From Geosiphon pyriformis uo1 (taxonomy: Eukaryota; Fungi; Glomeromycota): DNA of 64,000 nt. Shown here one piece after another: positions 1 to 10,801 of the stretch. The notes beneath the pieces were generated by a model, which worked only from the letters and a program-made list of their open reading frames with translations, did no database searches and was not told where the DNA came from. The position numbers and the translations under genes are program-made. Location: the NCBI GenBank assembly GCA_016748015.1, contig JAAOMT010000352.1:620001-684000 (forward strand), written 5' to 3'. Positions within the stretch are counted from its first letter, which is position 1; each line of letters begins with the position of its first letter.

Positions 1-800
1 TTTCTGTATATCTTATATTGTACTTCATATTAAAATTTCTGTTTTTTTTCTGTATATTAAATAATTTGTTAATTAATTGTAATTTTTATGTTCAGTTTTT
101 GATGTTTAATCAGTTGAAATAGTTGTTAGACTAGTAAGTAAATATTGTCAATAATTTCTATTTTTCTCTTTGTTTTTGATATATATATTGGTTTTTTTTA
201 TATATTGTTCTTGTAAGTTAATTTGATGTGTTTGTGTTAATAATTATGATTGGTTCTAAATCTTATAAAATCTTATTTGGTTGGACTAATATTTGTTGTA
301 TTTCTAATTGTGAAATATTATTAATAAATAATAATACTATGTTGTTATATAATTTTAATCAATTTCTATGTACTGTTTTAACTAAGATTTTGTTGTCCTA
401 TTTTAATTTATAAGCTCTATTTTCTATAATTTCTTTAATATAAAAGAGTTTGTCCTATTTGGGGTCAAATTTTTTATTTTATTGTTATTCTACTTTAATA
501 TAATATAAAAATACTTTGTCTTCAATCTTGAATTTAACTAGTTTATCTGGTAATTGGTTATTATGTTATTCTTTTTGTTTTTTTTGTGACTTTTGAATGT
601 TATTAGCTGCTTTTTGCCTTTTGTATTTTAATGTTTTTATTAAGTTATATTTTCTTTTTAGTAATGTTTTTTGGAAGTTGACTTCTGTTATTGGTTTTAT
701 TAGATATGTATTGATATTTATTTCAACTGGTAATGTTGCTGTTCTATCATAAACAAACTCAAATAATATTGCTTATATAGTATCTTGCTTTATTGTCCAA
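1..800 (-). mobile_element. Family A Ty3/Gypsy element fragment A0 (integrase C-terminus with GPY/F region plus 5' part of ORF3), cut at 800 by insertion of B0
   Basis: Minus strand aligns by eye with the integrase end and ORF3 start of A1/A3/A4 (e.g. 21500-22220); many C>T/G>A stops; ORF3 TATA at 197-204, decayed start (ATA) at 159-161. Confidence 0.85.
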
Positions 801-1817
801 TATTATCCAAGTAGAAAAACCAATCTAAAGTTATAGAAAAAATGTGACCAAAAATATAACAACATAAAATAATACAAGATAACATAAAAGAATACAGAAT
901 AATATGTAATAACTTAGGATAACATAATACAAAAACTTGATAATGTTTTATAGCACAAAATAATTAGTTAAAACATAAGATAACTAATAATAACATAGAA
1001 AAATAAAATGATAACAAAAATAGTAAAGCAATAACTAGCAAGAACAAAACAATAAAAAAACAATTCTATAAAACCAAAAAAAATGTATAAAAACAAGTAA
1101 TTGTAAAAGTTAAAAAAAAGCCAAACAAGAATCAATTTTCATCTTCCTTATAATTATATTACAAAAATAAAAGACTTATTTGAAAAACACAAAATTTTCA
1201 ATACATAATTATTAATTATTTCATGTTTGAATTGAACTAATTCTTGTTTTATACTTTTGTTTTAGAACAGATGTTCTTAGCATAAACATTTTGAATCCTT
1301 AATAATCTGGACCAATTGCTTTTGATTATAATAATTGATAATACTAATTTATTTATTTTTATTTTTTATTTATTTTTTATTTATTTTTTTTTATTTTTTA
1401 TTTATTTTATTTTTTCTTGTAAAACAACAACATAGAAAAATCAACTGTCTAAAAATAAACTTTGTGATAGTCTGATAAAAAAAAAAGCTCACCCTAAGTT
1501 TAAATATTAATATTATTTTGATAGCTTATTAAAAAGACAAAAAAACACTATTAGATCCTAATAATTGTACTTATTAGCTTAAAAAAGATAGCTCACATTC
1601 ACATACAAGAAGTTACAACACTACAAAACAGATTTCTGTGTCTTATAACCAAAGAACTCCATGAATAAATTCATAACAATTCAACAGATCTTCAAAGATT
1701 AATAATATTAATACAATAAACAAGTTTACTAAAAGAAAACCATCAAAAGCTCCCTAAAAACCCAAAATCTTGAGCACTAAACATTACTACCATATACTAC
1801 TAAGTTTATTCATAACA
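801..1817 (+). repeat. B0 5' LTR (~1017 bp, strongly decayed)
   Basis: Starts TATTATCCAAGTAGAAAAAC (vs TGTTACCTGAGTAGAAAAAC in B1), ends CATAACA followed by TT and PBS. Confidence 0.85.
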
Positions 1818-1819
1818 TT

Positions 1820-1836
1820 TTGTGCTCTCTATGAAG
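1820..1836 (+). promoter_or_regulatory. Primer-binding site of B0 (decayed)
   Basis: TTGTGCTCTCTATGAAG two nt after LTR end; matches TGGTGCTCTCTGTGAGG consensus of other copies. Confidence 0.75.
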
Positions 1837-1879
1837 TTATAAAATTCATAAAGACAAAGCACCCCAAAAATTCACAAAA

Positions 1880-3805
1880 ATAGCAACTATTAGAACAATA
1901 GAAAAAGATTATTTATCATATAAAAAAGTACTATTTCAATACTTTAAGAAAGATTTGGGAATATCATTTAAAGCCATCATCATTGAAAAAATTTTTTATT
2001 AATATCTACATGTAAAAATTAATTGTCTGTTAGGTTGAGCAATAAACACAAGAAAAATTGGAGAACAGATACACCAAAAATTATTAACATAATCAACAAA
2101 AATCACCACCCAAGTCATAGTTGAGACTCTTTGTATAATTAACAAAAAAATCAAAAAATACATGGCACAATGATACCTTCAAGTAAAAAAAAAACAAATA
2201 GCAAAGCCCAACTTTACAGAATCTAAGTCTAAATCCAATAATACAACAACTACACAAGAACAAGTTTGATTCACAGTCAACAAAAAATCAAGATTCCTCT
2301 CACTAATCACTTTTTCATATCATCAAATACCAGAAAGTAGAATTCTATTCAACCAACTCATGAAAACACAAACAAAAACTCCAAGAACTTCCAAAACTCT
2401 GTACTTTTGGGACCACAATAATAATCTTTGGACAAAATTCTTAGGAGAATACAAATTGTTATTTAGGAATCTTACTTCAACTACCAGCCAACCTGGCAGA
2501 AACATGTCTTCTTGAACATTATTACTAGCACTGTTTCTAACAGAGTTAGCAACCACCTTTATAAAAAAAATAGCTATCTTGTCATCTATTGGTTCTAATA
2601 AAGAGAAACAATCAATATTAATACTTAAAAAACAATATAATATACTATTATTAAACTCTTTATTATTAGCAAGTCAATTATCTTTTATCTTTTAGATAAT
2701 AGCTTATTGAGATATTATTAAATTGAAGAAATTTTTCAGCAAAAAAAATAATGTATATACTTGGATAGCAGAAGCTAAAAAAGCAATTATTGTTAATAAC
2801 TGAGATAATAACAAAACAATTTAAGCATTGCTATTTTTCTTAATAAGAACTATAAACTCATGGTATTAAAGTCTTAAAGAAAAATCTACTACCTTTACTA
2901 CCTTTAAACAGGCCTTTTTACAATACTTTTGTAATTTTAACATGCTTATTTAACTACAAAATCAGTTCAGCATAATAAAACAAAAAGATTAAAAAGCAGT
3001 AACTACTTATTTTGGACAGTTTAATCAAATCTTTTGACAAATACTGGCAATTGAAAGGGATTACTATACTATAGCACAAGTCCTTAATTAATTCATTAAG
3101 AGATTAAGAAGCAGCATCCTATGATCTGTGAGACTTTGTCATCTGACAAATTTACAAAAAGCAATTATCTTTGCTTGTAATTTCAAGTTAACAGAACAAG
3201 AAGCTAATTATATTTAAGCCATCAACTTGGCCATCAATGGAACTTTAGATATCAATACAAAGATAATCCAATTAAGTAAAACATTAATTCAGAAAATTAA
3301 GAGATTTTTAGTTGATACCACCAGAACCTATTAGCTACTCCAATGAAAAAACAATAACAACAACAGATACTAACAACAACAAAATCATCAACAACAATAA
3401 CAGCTCTAGAAATCAGATTCTCACAACTGTTATTACTATTAGAAACCCAGACATAGTGCCTGAAATTGCCAAAAAAAAGTAATAGACCAAAACTAAGAAA
3501 ATCAACATTTACAACAACAAAAATATTCTCAAGTCCTAGAATCTCAATATGCTGTACTTTAATATTAACCACTATAGTACATATAACAAATGTCTCAAAA
3601 TTACTATTAACCATTCACAACAGTACCAATGACACCTCAATATCAAGCACCTACTTATAATCAACTTAGATCTTGAACAATTAACTATAATCAAGAATAA
3701 AAAAATGCCAATGGCAATTAGATACAAACTAATAGTGGATCATTTCAGCCAATACAGCATAATAGTTTACTATTACAATCAACACAAGCCAGATATTCTA
3801 ACCAA
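1880..3805 (+). pseudogene. gag: B0 gag pseudogene (N-terminal extension, retrotransposon Gag capsid-like domain, decayed CCHC knuckle ~3426-3470, Q-rich linker)
   Basis: Translates with stops to homolog of ORFs 45188..45385, 44891..45121 and 43946..44206. Confidence 0.8.
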
Positions 3806-4606
3806 TGTTACAGGTGATTATTTAAGGTTTTAAATCAAATAACAAACTCATAACTTGGTGCTTAATAACTAATATCATTGGTAATATCTAAAGATTTTGG
3901 TTGAGTTTTTTGTATAATAAACAGAGATTTAATGGTAAATACTTCTTTGTTGATGAGTTTTTCAATTTTTTTCTTTAGCTTGGTGGTCAGTTTATTCTGA
4001 CAGTTATATCTTTCTGGTAAGTTATCCAATTATTACTTTGTACTCTTCTATTTTAGGTCTTTTACCAGACTATTTGTGATGTTAATAATTTAGTGCTTAA
4101 TCCTTAATTAATTAGTATACAACAATAATAAAAGAAAAAAATAAAAGAAAAAAATAAATAAAGAGAATAAAAAAATAAGCCAAGATAATTAAAAATTAAT
4201 ATCCTGTTAATAGCTATGATCAAGAGCTATTGTTCCAGCATGGTTAAGTATCAGCAGCTATCAACATAAAGTATTGATAGTAAATAATTATTTATTAATG
4301 TTTGTGAATTAGAAGGTTGCTTAGATAAAATCTAAACTAAAAGATCTGTCTTTTTTGCTTCTACTGCTACTGCTATATATACATATTTGAGATTTCTCAA
4401 TTCTCTTATTCTTCCCATCAGAAATCTTGGAATTCTTAGAATTCTGCAATTCCTCAAGAAAAATCTTGGAATTCTGGAATTCTGTGATTCCTCATATAAG
4501 AATCCTATAATTTCTTTGAAAAAAATTCTGGAATTTTATATTTTACTATGTCTACTTCTGATTAGCTAATATATAATACTATAATTTCTATCTTTTATAA
4601 GTAACA
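3806..4606 (-). repeat. A1 3' LTR (801 bp)
   Basis: TGTTAC at 3806, GTAACA at 4601-4606; PPT (minus strand AAAAGGAGGGAATAA) at 4607-4621; homologous to 20079-20934 and 46525-47369. Confidence 0.9.
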
Positions 4607-4619
4607 TTATTCCCTCCTT

Positions 4620-5252
4620 TTAATATTGAGCCTTGTCAAGATCTCTGAACTTTCTTAATTCTCTTTTTTTGATTATTTTTTGGACTTTTTTTTTAAGAAT
4701 TACTTGTGTTATTTTGGTCTGTAATTTTTTAAATTGAGCATTGGTCATTTTATCCATTTGATTAGTAGTAACTGTGTTTATTGCTGTGTTGAGTAGTATT
4801 TTTGGTTGGTCTTAAAATCCAGCATGTAATCAATAGATAGTTTTTGTTTGTGTTGTTAGATTGTCTTTTCTTACAAATTGTTCAAGTTGTTGTAGTATTA
4901 TTGTGTCAAATAATTATTTTGTTTTATTCATATATAAGTTCTAAATATTCAAGTATTGTCTCAAGTGAAAATAACAAAAGTTTCTTGGAAATTATTGTAT
5001 TTACCAATTCCATATTTCTATCATCAACTCTTAATATAGTATATCTTCTGGTTGTATTTCTATTGCCACTTTTACTTTTGTTATTATTTTGTCAATAGTG
5101 TTTTCTGGTTTTCTCTGTTCTTTATGTTGAGATCTCTTTTTTGTATTTTTATATTGAATAATTTGTTGATTAATAGTAATTTCCATATTCTGTTGTTGAA
5201 TCAGTTAAAAAAATTGTTGTATCAGTGTGTGTATATTGTCAGTAATTTCTAT
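4620..5252 (-). pseudogene. A1 ORF3 (accessory gene of unknown function, ~210 aa, decayed)
   Basis: Reconstructs to (M)EITDNI...LNI(Q)NLYMNKTK(Q)LFDTIILQQLEQFV...AQY*; homologous to ORFs 21006..21434 and 47527..47721. Confidence 0.8.
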
Positions 5253-5307
5253 TTTTTTTTATTGCTTTTGTTACATATACTGTGTTTTTATATATTTTTT
5301 TAGTTGT

Positions 5308-8300
5308 TTAATTTGATGTGTTTGGTTCAATGATCATAATTGGTTCCAGATTTCATAGAATGGTTTATTCCATTTGGAGTCAAATTTTCCACTTTATTGT
5401 TTTTCCACTTTGGTATGATATAAAAGTACTTTGTCTTCAATCCTAAATTCAACTGGTTTATCTAGTAGTTGGCTATTATGTCTTTTTTTTTGTTTTTTTT
5501 GTGACTTTTGAATATTATTAGCTGCTCTTTGCCATTTATTTTCTAGTGTTTTCATTAAGTCATATGTTTTTCTCAATAATGTTTCTTGGAAATTATCTTC
5601 TGTTATTGGTTCAGTTGGATACATGCTGACTTCTATTTCAACTGGTAATGTTATTGTTTTCTCATATACTAACTCAAATAGTGTTGTTTGTGTAGTGTTT
5701 TGTTTCATAGTCTGATAGGCAAATAATACTAATAGTATAAACAAATCCTATTTATCTTGATTTTTTTGGCTGATTTTGGCAATTGCTTCATACAATGTTC
5801 TATTAAATCTTTCAATTAAGCCATTAATTTGTGGATAATATGGTGATGATAATAGTCTTTTAATTTCAAATCTTTGACTTAATTCTGTTAATATTCTATT
5901 TACAAAGTGAGTTCCTTGGTTGAATAATAATTTTTTTGGGCATCTGTGTTAACAAATCAAATTTTGATGAACAAATTTGGCAACAGATTCTGCATATGCT
6001 CTTTGAATAGCTTTTGCTTCTGGCCATTTTGTGAGATAATCCATAGTTATTGCAATATATCTGTTTCTTTTGCTGGTTATTGTTAATGGTTTAACTAAGT
6101 TGATTCCAATACAATTGAATAGTTGTTCTACTTTAATTGGTTTCAAAGATTTACTGGGTTTTGTTTCTTCTCTTCTCTGACAAGCATCACAATTTTGTAC
6201 ATATTGGATGATATCTGGATATATTAATGGCCAATAGTATCTTTTTTTGGTTTTTTCTATGATTGCTTCTTTATGAAAATATTCTGCTGTTGGATTTGAG
6301 TACATATTGAATAGTATTGTTTCCTTTTCTGATTTCATGATTATTCTAAGTGGTTGGTCTAAATTCTTTCTGTTTTTCTAATATAATATATTTTAATATG
6401 TGATAAAATATTTGAATTGTTGTTTTATGTTGTTCTATTTCTTAAACTGCTGGGTATTAATATAGTGTTAAAGTTGTTAATATTTTTGTATATTTATCTT
6501 TTGTTATATTTTTGGGTTGAAATGTTTTTAGATTTGTCTCATTCATGACAAACCATTGGCATTTCCATTTTTTTTCCCTTTTTGTAATGTACTGTATAAT
6601 TAAATAATAAAAGTTTTATTTTCTATTTAGCATGACAATTATCTCCAAATTTTTGCTTCTGAATTGAAGTCAATCTTTTATGGTCAGTGTATATGTCAAA
6701 TTTTTGGCTTAAGTATTTCTTCTATTTTATGACTGCCCAATAAATTGCTAAGTGTTCTAGTGCTGATGTTTTATAGTTTTTTTCTGCTGGACTTAAGCTC
6801 TAACTAACATATACTATTGGATGTTCTTTTCCATCTGGTTTTTTTTAAGATAGTACTGCTCCCAATGTTTGATCTGATACATTAGTTGTGATTATGAATG
6901 GCTTGCTATGATTTGAATAGATTAGTACTGGAGCTTAAATAAGCTTTCTTTTTAATGTATCAAAAGCTTCTTACTGGTTTTTTGTCTATTTATATTTGGT
7001 GTTTTTTGTTTGAAGCTGATATAATGGCTAAGCCAGTTTGGAAAAGTTTTTGATAAAGTGGCAATAGTAATCTGTAAATTCTAAGAATGCTCGTAGTTCA
7101 GTTAAGTTGGTGAGTACTAAAAAGTTTTAACTATTTCAATTTTGTCTGAATTTGTTTTAATGTTATCTTTGTTTACAATATGTCCCAAAAACTTCAACTT
7201 TGTTTTTCCAAAGAAACATTTGTTGATATTTAACTTTAATTCGGCTCTTCTTAGTCTTTTAAATACTTGTTAGAGATAGTATAAATGATCATTGAATGTC
7301 TTAGAGAATACATTGATGTTATCTAAGTAAACAACTACTGATTTTTACAGTAGTCTAATATAAACAATTTTCATGAGCCATTAAAATGTGGTTAGAGCAT
7401 TTATTAAGCTAAAAGACATAATTTCAAATTCAAAATTTTCCTCTTTTGTTGTAAATACAGTCTTTTTTTATCAACTGGATTCATAGCTACTTGTCAATAA
7501 CTACTGTGTAAGTCTAAAATTAAGAACCATTTCTTTTCTCCAAAAGCATCAAAAAGTTTTTGAATCTTTGGAGTTAAGTAGCTATTTCCTTTTGTTACTC
7601 TATTGAATTTTTGGTAATTCACACAAAACTAAATCTTCTTATTTTTTTTTCAAACCAATACAACTAGTAAAGACCATAAACTCATTGATGGTTGAATTAA
7701 CCTATTGTCTAGCATTTTATTAATTTCTTGGCAAATGATTTTATGGCTGGCTGGTGGTACTCAGTATGCTCTTTGTTTTATTGGCATAGCATCTTTAGTT
7801 TTGATTTAGTATTGGATTATGTCAGTTCTACCAAATTCATTTTCACTTGCAAAAATGTCAATAAAATTGTTGAATAGTATTTTGAGTTGCATCTGTTGAA
7901 GTGGATCTAAATTTTCCAAGTTCATCTGTTCTAATTGTTCTGGTTAGAGCAGATAACATTTTTCTTATCCATATATTGTTTGTGATGTAATATTCACATA
8001 TTTACACAGTTGTGGAAAGTCTGAAATGGAGTTTGGTGGTTGTTTTTTAACTTTAGTGCTTAAATATCTAATGGTAGTTCTTTTTAGTATTTCAATAATA
8101 TCTCCAGTTGTGTTGTAAATGGAAATTTTGATGTGTTTAGGGCTTTTAACCAGTATGTAAAAATTAGTAAGTCTAATTTTTCCTGATTCACAAATTAGAG
8201 CTTTTGCTTCAAACATTTGAGTCTGATTCTTTACTTTTCTTTCTATGACTAATATGTACTGGTTATATGATAGAATAAAAATTGTTTGACAGGTGGAAAT

Positions 8301-9884
8301 AATTTCTTCTTTGTCAATAATATTTTTCTCTGTCATGTTGACTGGTACATTTATTCTATCCATGAATCCAAATCCACTAATTTCTCTAACTGTAATCCCT
8401 AATTCTTTTTTTTTTCTCACTAATACTAACTAAACTATTTTGACCAGAGACAGGAATATTGTCTGGGCTATCTTTTTGTTTGGCTTTATAATATAGGTCT
8501 TTTCAGAATCATTTTGTAGCATAGCTATAATATTTCTTACATATTCTGCATTAATTATTTTTTCTCTGATATTAATCTTTTTTTTCACTAAATTACTCCT
8601 AAATACTAATTGAACCATTGTTGTTGCTGGGATTTTCAGTGCTACTTTCAGATCAATACAGGTGTGTAAATGTGATTTTAATTTTATGGCTTCTTTTTCT
8701 GGATATTTCAGATCAAACTCTGCATTAGTATTATGCACACATTCAGGCATAATACCTTTATTATTATCACTAAACCATTTAAGTTTCTGTTCCTTAGAAA
8801 GATTAGGAAGCATAATATATTGTTCTGAGTTTGAATTAGAGTCTGAATTGTTGTTATTTTCATTGCTATTTTGAACAGAGCTGGAACCATTATTTTTGTT
8901 GTCATTATTGTCAGAGTTTGAATTGAGATTAAACTGTAATTCTAATTCTGATACATAGCTGTTGATTGGTTCATCTTTTTCTGGAATCATGTAAATCATG
9001 CATGGTGGTAGATTGTAAATAAGATCACACTCATTACAATATTGAAAGTCACATGGGATCAAACAGTAGTCACATAGTTGGGTGTTTATTTCTTCCAAGC
9101 ACTGTTTTTGCTCTTCTCTTGTTGGTGCCAAATTTTGGTAATGCTCATGAAATTCCTCTGGGTCTGTTTCCATATCAAAAAATGCGTTTGAATTGGGGAT
9201 AAAAACAATGTTGACTGGTTCTAAAGAATTGTTTTTTATCTTCAGGATTTTACTGGACAAAACATCTTCTATTTTGGTGTTGGCTATTCACTAGATCTTA
9301 TCTTTATCATGCAAATAGTTATCCAAATAAAAAATTGCTTAGTATTATGCAGCAGTAATAGGTGTACTACAACTGATTCAGTTGCTTATGAGGATCATGT
9401 ACTGGCATGAAATATCACACATTCCTTCTTGACCAGAAATGTCATTCCACATTTTCTTATCGAGTAATTGTTTACCACAAACAAGACATGATTTATTGTT
9501 CTACTTGTTCTGTCTTTTTAGATAGCCATAGTGTTTTCTATGATATGGCTTGCAATAATAATGCATTCTGGTCTAGTAGTCTTTATTAGGTGTTATCTAT
9601 GCTCCCATAGAAGATAGTTTTTTGCTGTAATCTTGACATTTGAGAGAAACATATGGTGGTTTCTTGATAGATTTGTGTAAATATAATTGTTCCCAGTTAC
9701 TGGTTATTTTTTTTGTGGTTGTAGTTTTTTCAGGTTCATCATCTTTTTTTTCTTTTTTTTTGCTGTCCCAAAAGAGTATTGGTGGCAGTTCATTATAATC
9801 AGTGTTAGCTCACAAGACTTGGTAGGCTTCTTAGATAGGGGTTTTTTTTTTCAAATTGATTAGTAGTGTTAATGTAATGTGTGA
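5308..9884 (-). pseudogene. pol: A1 pol pseudogene (Cys-rich domain ~9000-9650, dUTPase ~8350-8760, dUTPase-like repeat, RT, RNase H, integrase with ~175 bp deletion near 5360)
   Basis: ORF fragments with CDYCLIPCDFQYCNEC, AEFDL, GFGFMD, YYWP...CDACQRR, YLTKWPEA. Confidence 0.9.
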
Positions 9885-10741
9885 TGTTACTTATAAAAAA
9901 AAAAACAGATATAAAAAATAGCAGACCAATAAGAGAATAGTATTTAGCACATGAGCACATTGCTCAGCAATGTGGAACAATATCAGAAATCATAGCATAT
10001 TGCTCAGTAATGTAGAAAACATGGTACATTGCTCAGTAATGTGGAGCAATGTTAGAAAATTAGAGCACATTGCTCAGCAATGTGAGCATTGCTCAAGAAA
10101 TCATAGCACATCACTCGGAAATGTGAGTGATCTCATAGAACATCAATTATATATATATAGCAGTAGCATTAGAAGTAGAAAGAGCAGAATCTTTTAGTTA
10201 GAAATCTCCTATTCACAAATATTGAATAAATAAATTATTTACCATTCCAATCCACTTTTCACTATCAACATTCCATGTTGATAGCAATTGATACTTAACC
10301 ACATTGGAACAATAGCTCTTAATCACAACTATTGACGGATACTAACTTGCACATTGCCTTGGCTCATTTTTTTATGTTATTTCTTTTATTTTCTTGTCTT
10401 AATTGTTGTTATTACTAACTCTATTAAGGATTAATGCACAGGGTACTGACATCAAGATATAGCACTGGTAAAAGACCCAGAAATAAAAGTAGAACACTCA
10501 ATTAAGATTAGCTTACCAGAAGAAACACCAGCCATCACATTGAGAAAAAAATTGACAAAACTGCGGTTTTGGGAAGCTATGAATAAAACTATTACCACTG
10601 AATCTCTGTCCATTATACAAAAGACTCAACCAAAACCTTCAGATAAACACACTTTCAGATTTCTATTATTGACAACAGCTTCAAGTACCAAGTTACGGGT
10701 TTGTTATTTACTCCAACAACCAACAAAGTTCACCTGTAACA
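9885..10741 (+). repeat. A2 5' LTR (857 bp); CCAAT 9926-9930, palindromic repeat array ~9953-10135, TATA ~10148-10160, AATAAA 10225-10230
   Basis: Direct repeat of 19218-19985; motifs read directly. Confidence 0.95.
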
Positions 10742-10743
10742 TT

Positions 10744-10760
10744 TGATGCTCTCTGTGAGG
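10744..10760 (+). promoter_or_regulatory. Primer-binding site of A2 (TG[G>A]TGCTCTCTGTGAGG), complementary to a tRNA 3' end ...CCUCACAGAGAGCACCA; tRNA identity not determined (elongator Met or Ile(UAU)-like is a guess)
   Basis: Two nt (TT) after LTR end; complement fits T-stem half + acceptor-stem half + discriminator + CCA; repeated in other copies. Confidence 0.85.
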
Positions 10761-10801
10761 TATAATCTTACAGAAAACCAGCACCAACAAATAAATCAAC
10801 A

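Larger units (their letters stand above)
801..3805 (+). mobile_element. Family B element B0, 5' part only (5' LTR, PBS, gag), cut at 3805 by insertion of A1
   Basis: LTR homologous to reverse complement of 45447-46520; PBS at 1820; gag homologous to 43748-45385; left flank CCAA. Confidence 0.85.

Noticed and set aside
10338-10445. Intron in U5 (TACTAAC branch sites plus pyrimidine tract; CTG/GTAAAA...TAG)
   Set aside because: No conserved donor upstream, AG not conserved in all copies, and CTGGTAA/TTACCAG is better explained as a stem. Not excluded without RNA data.
10540-10746. Independent small LTR-encoded protein (also 19781..19999)
   Set aside because: Frame and peptide are not conserved in A1/A3/A4 LTRs and the ATGs look like decayed ACG. 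Kept only as an alternative in the Gag-start finding.
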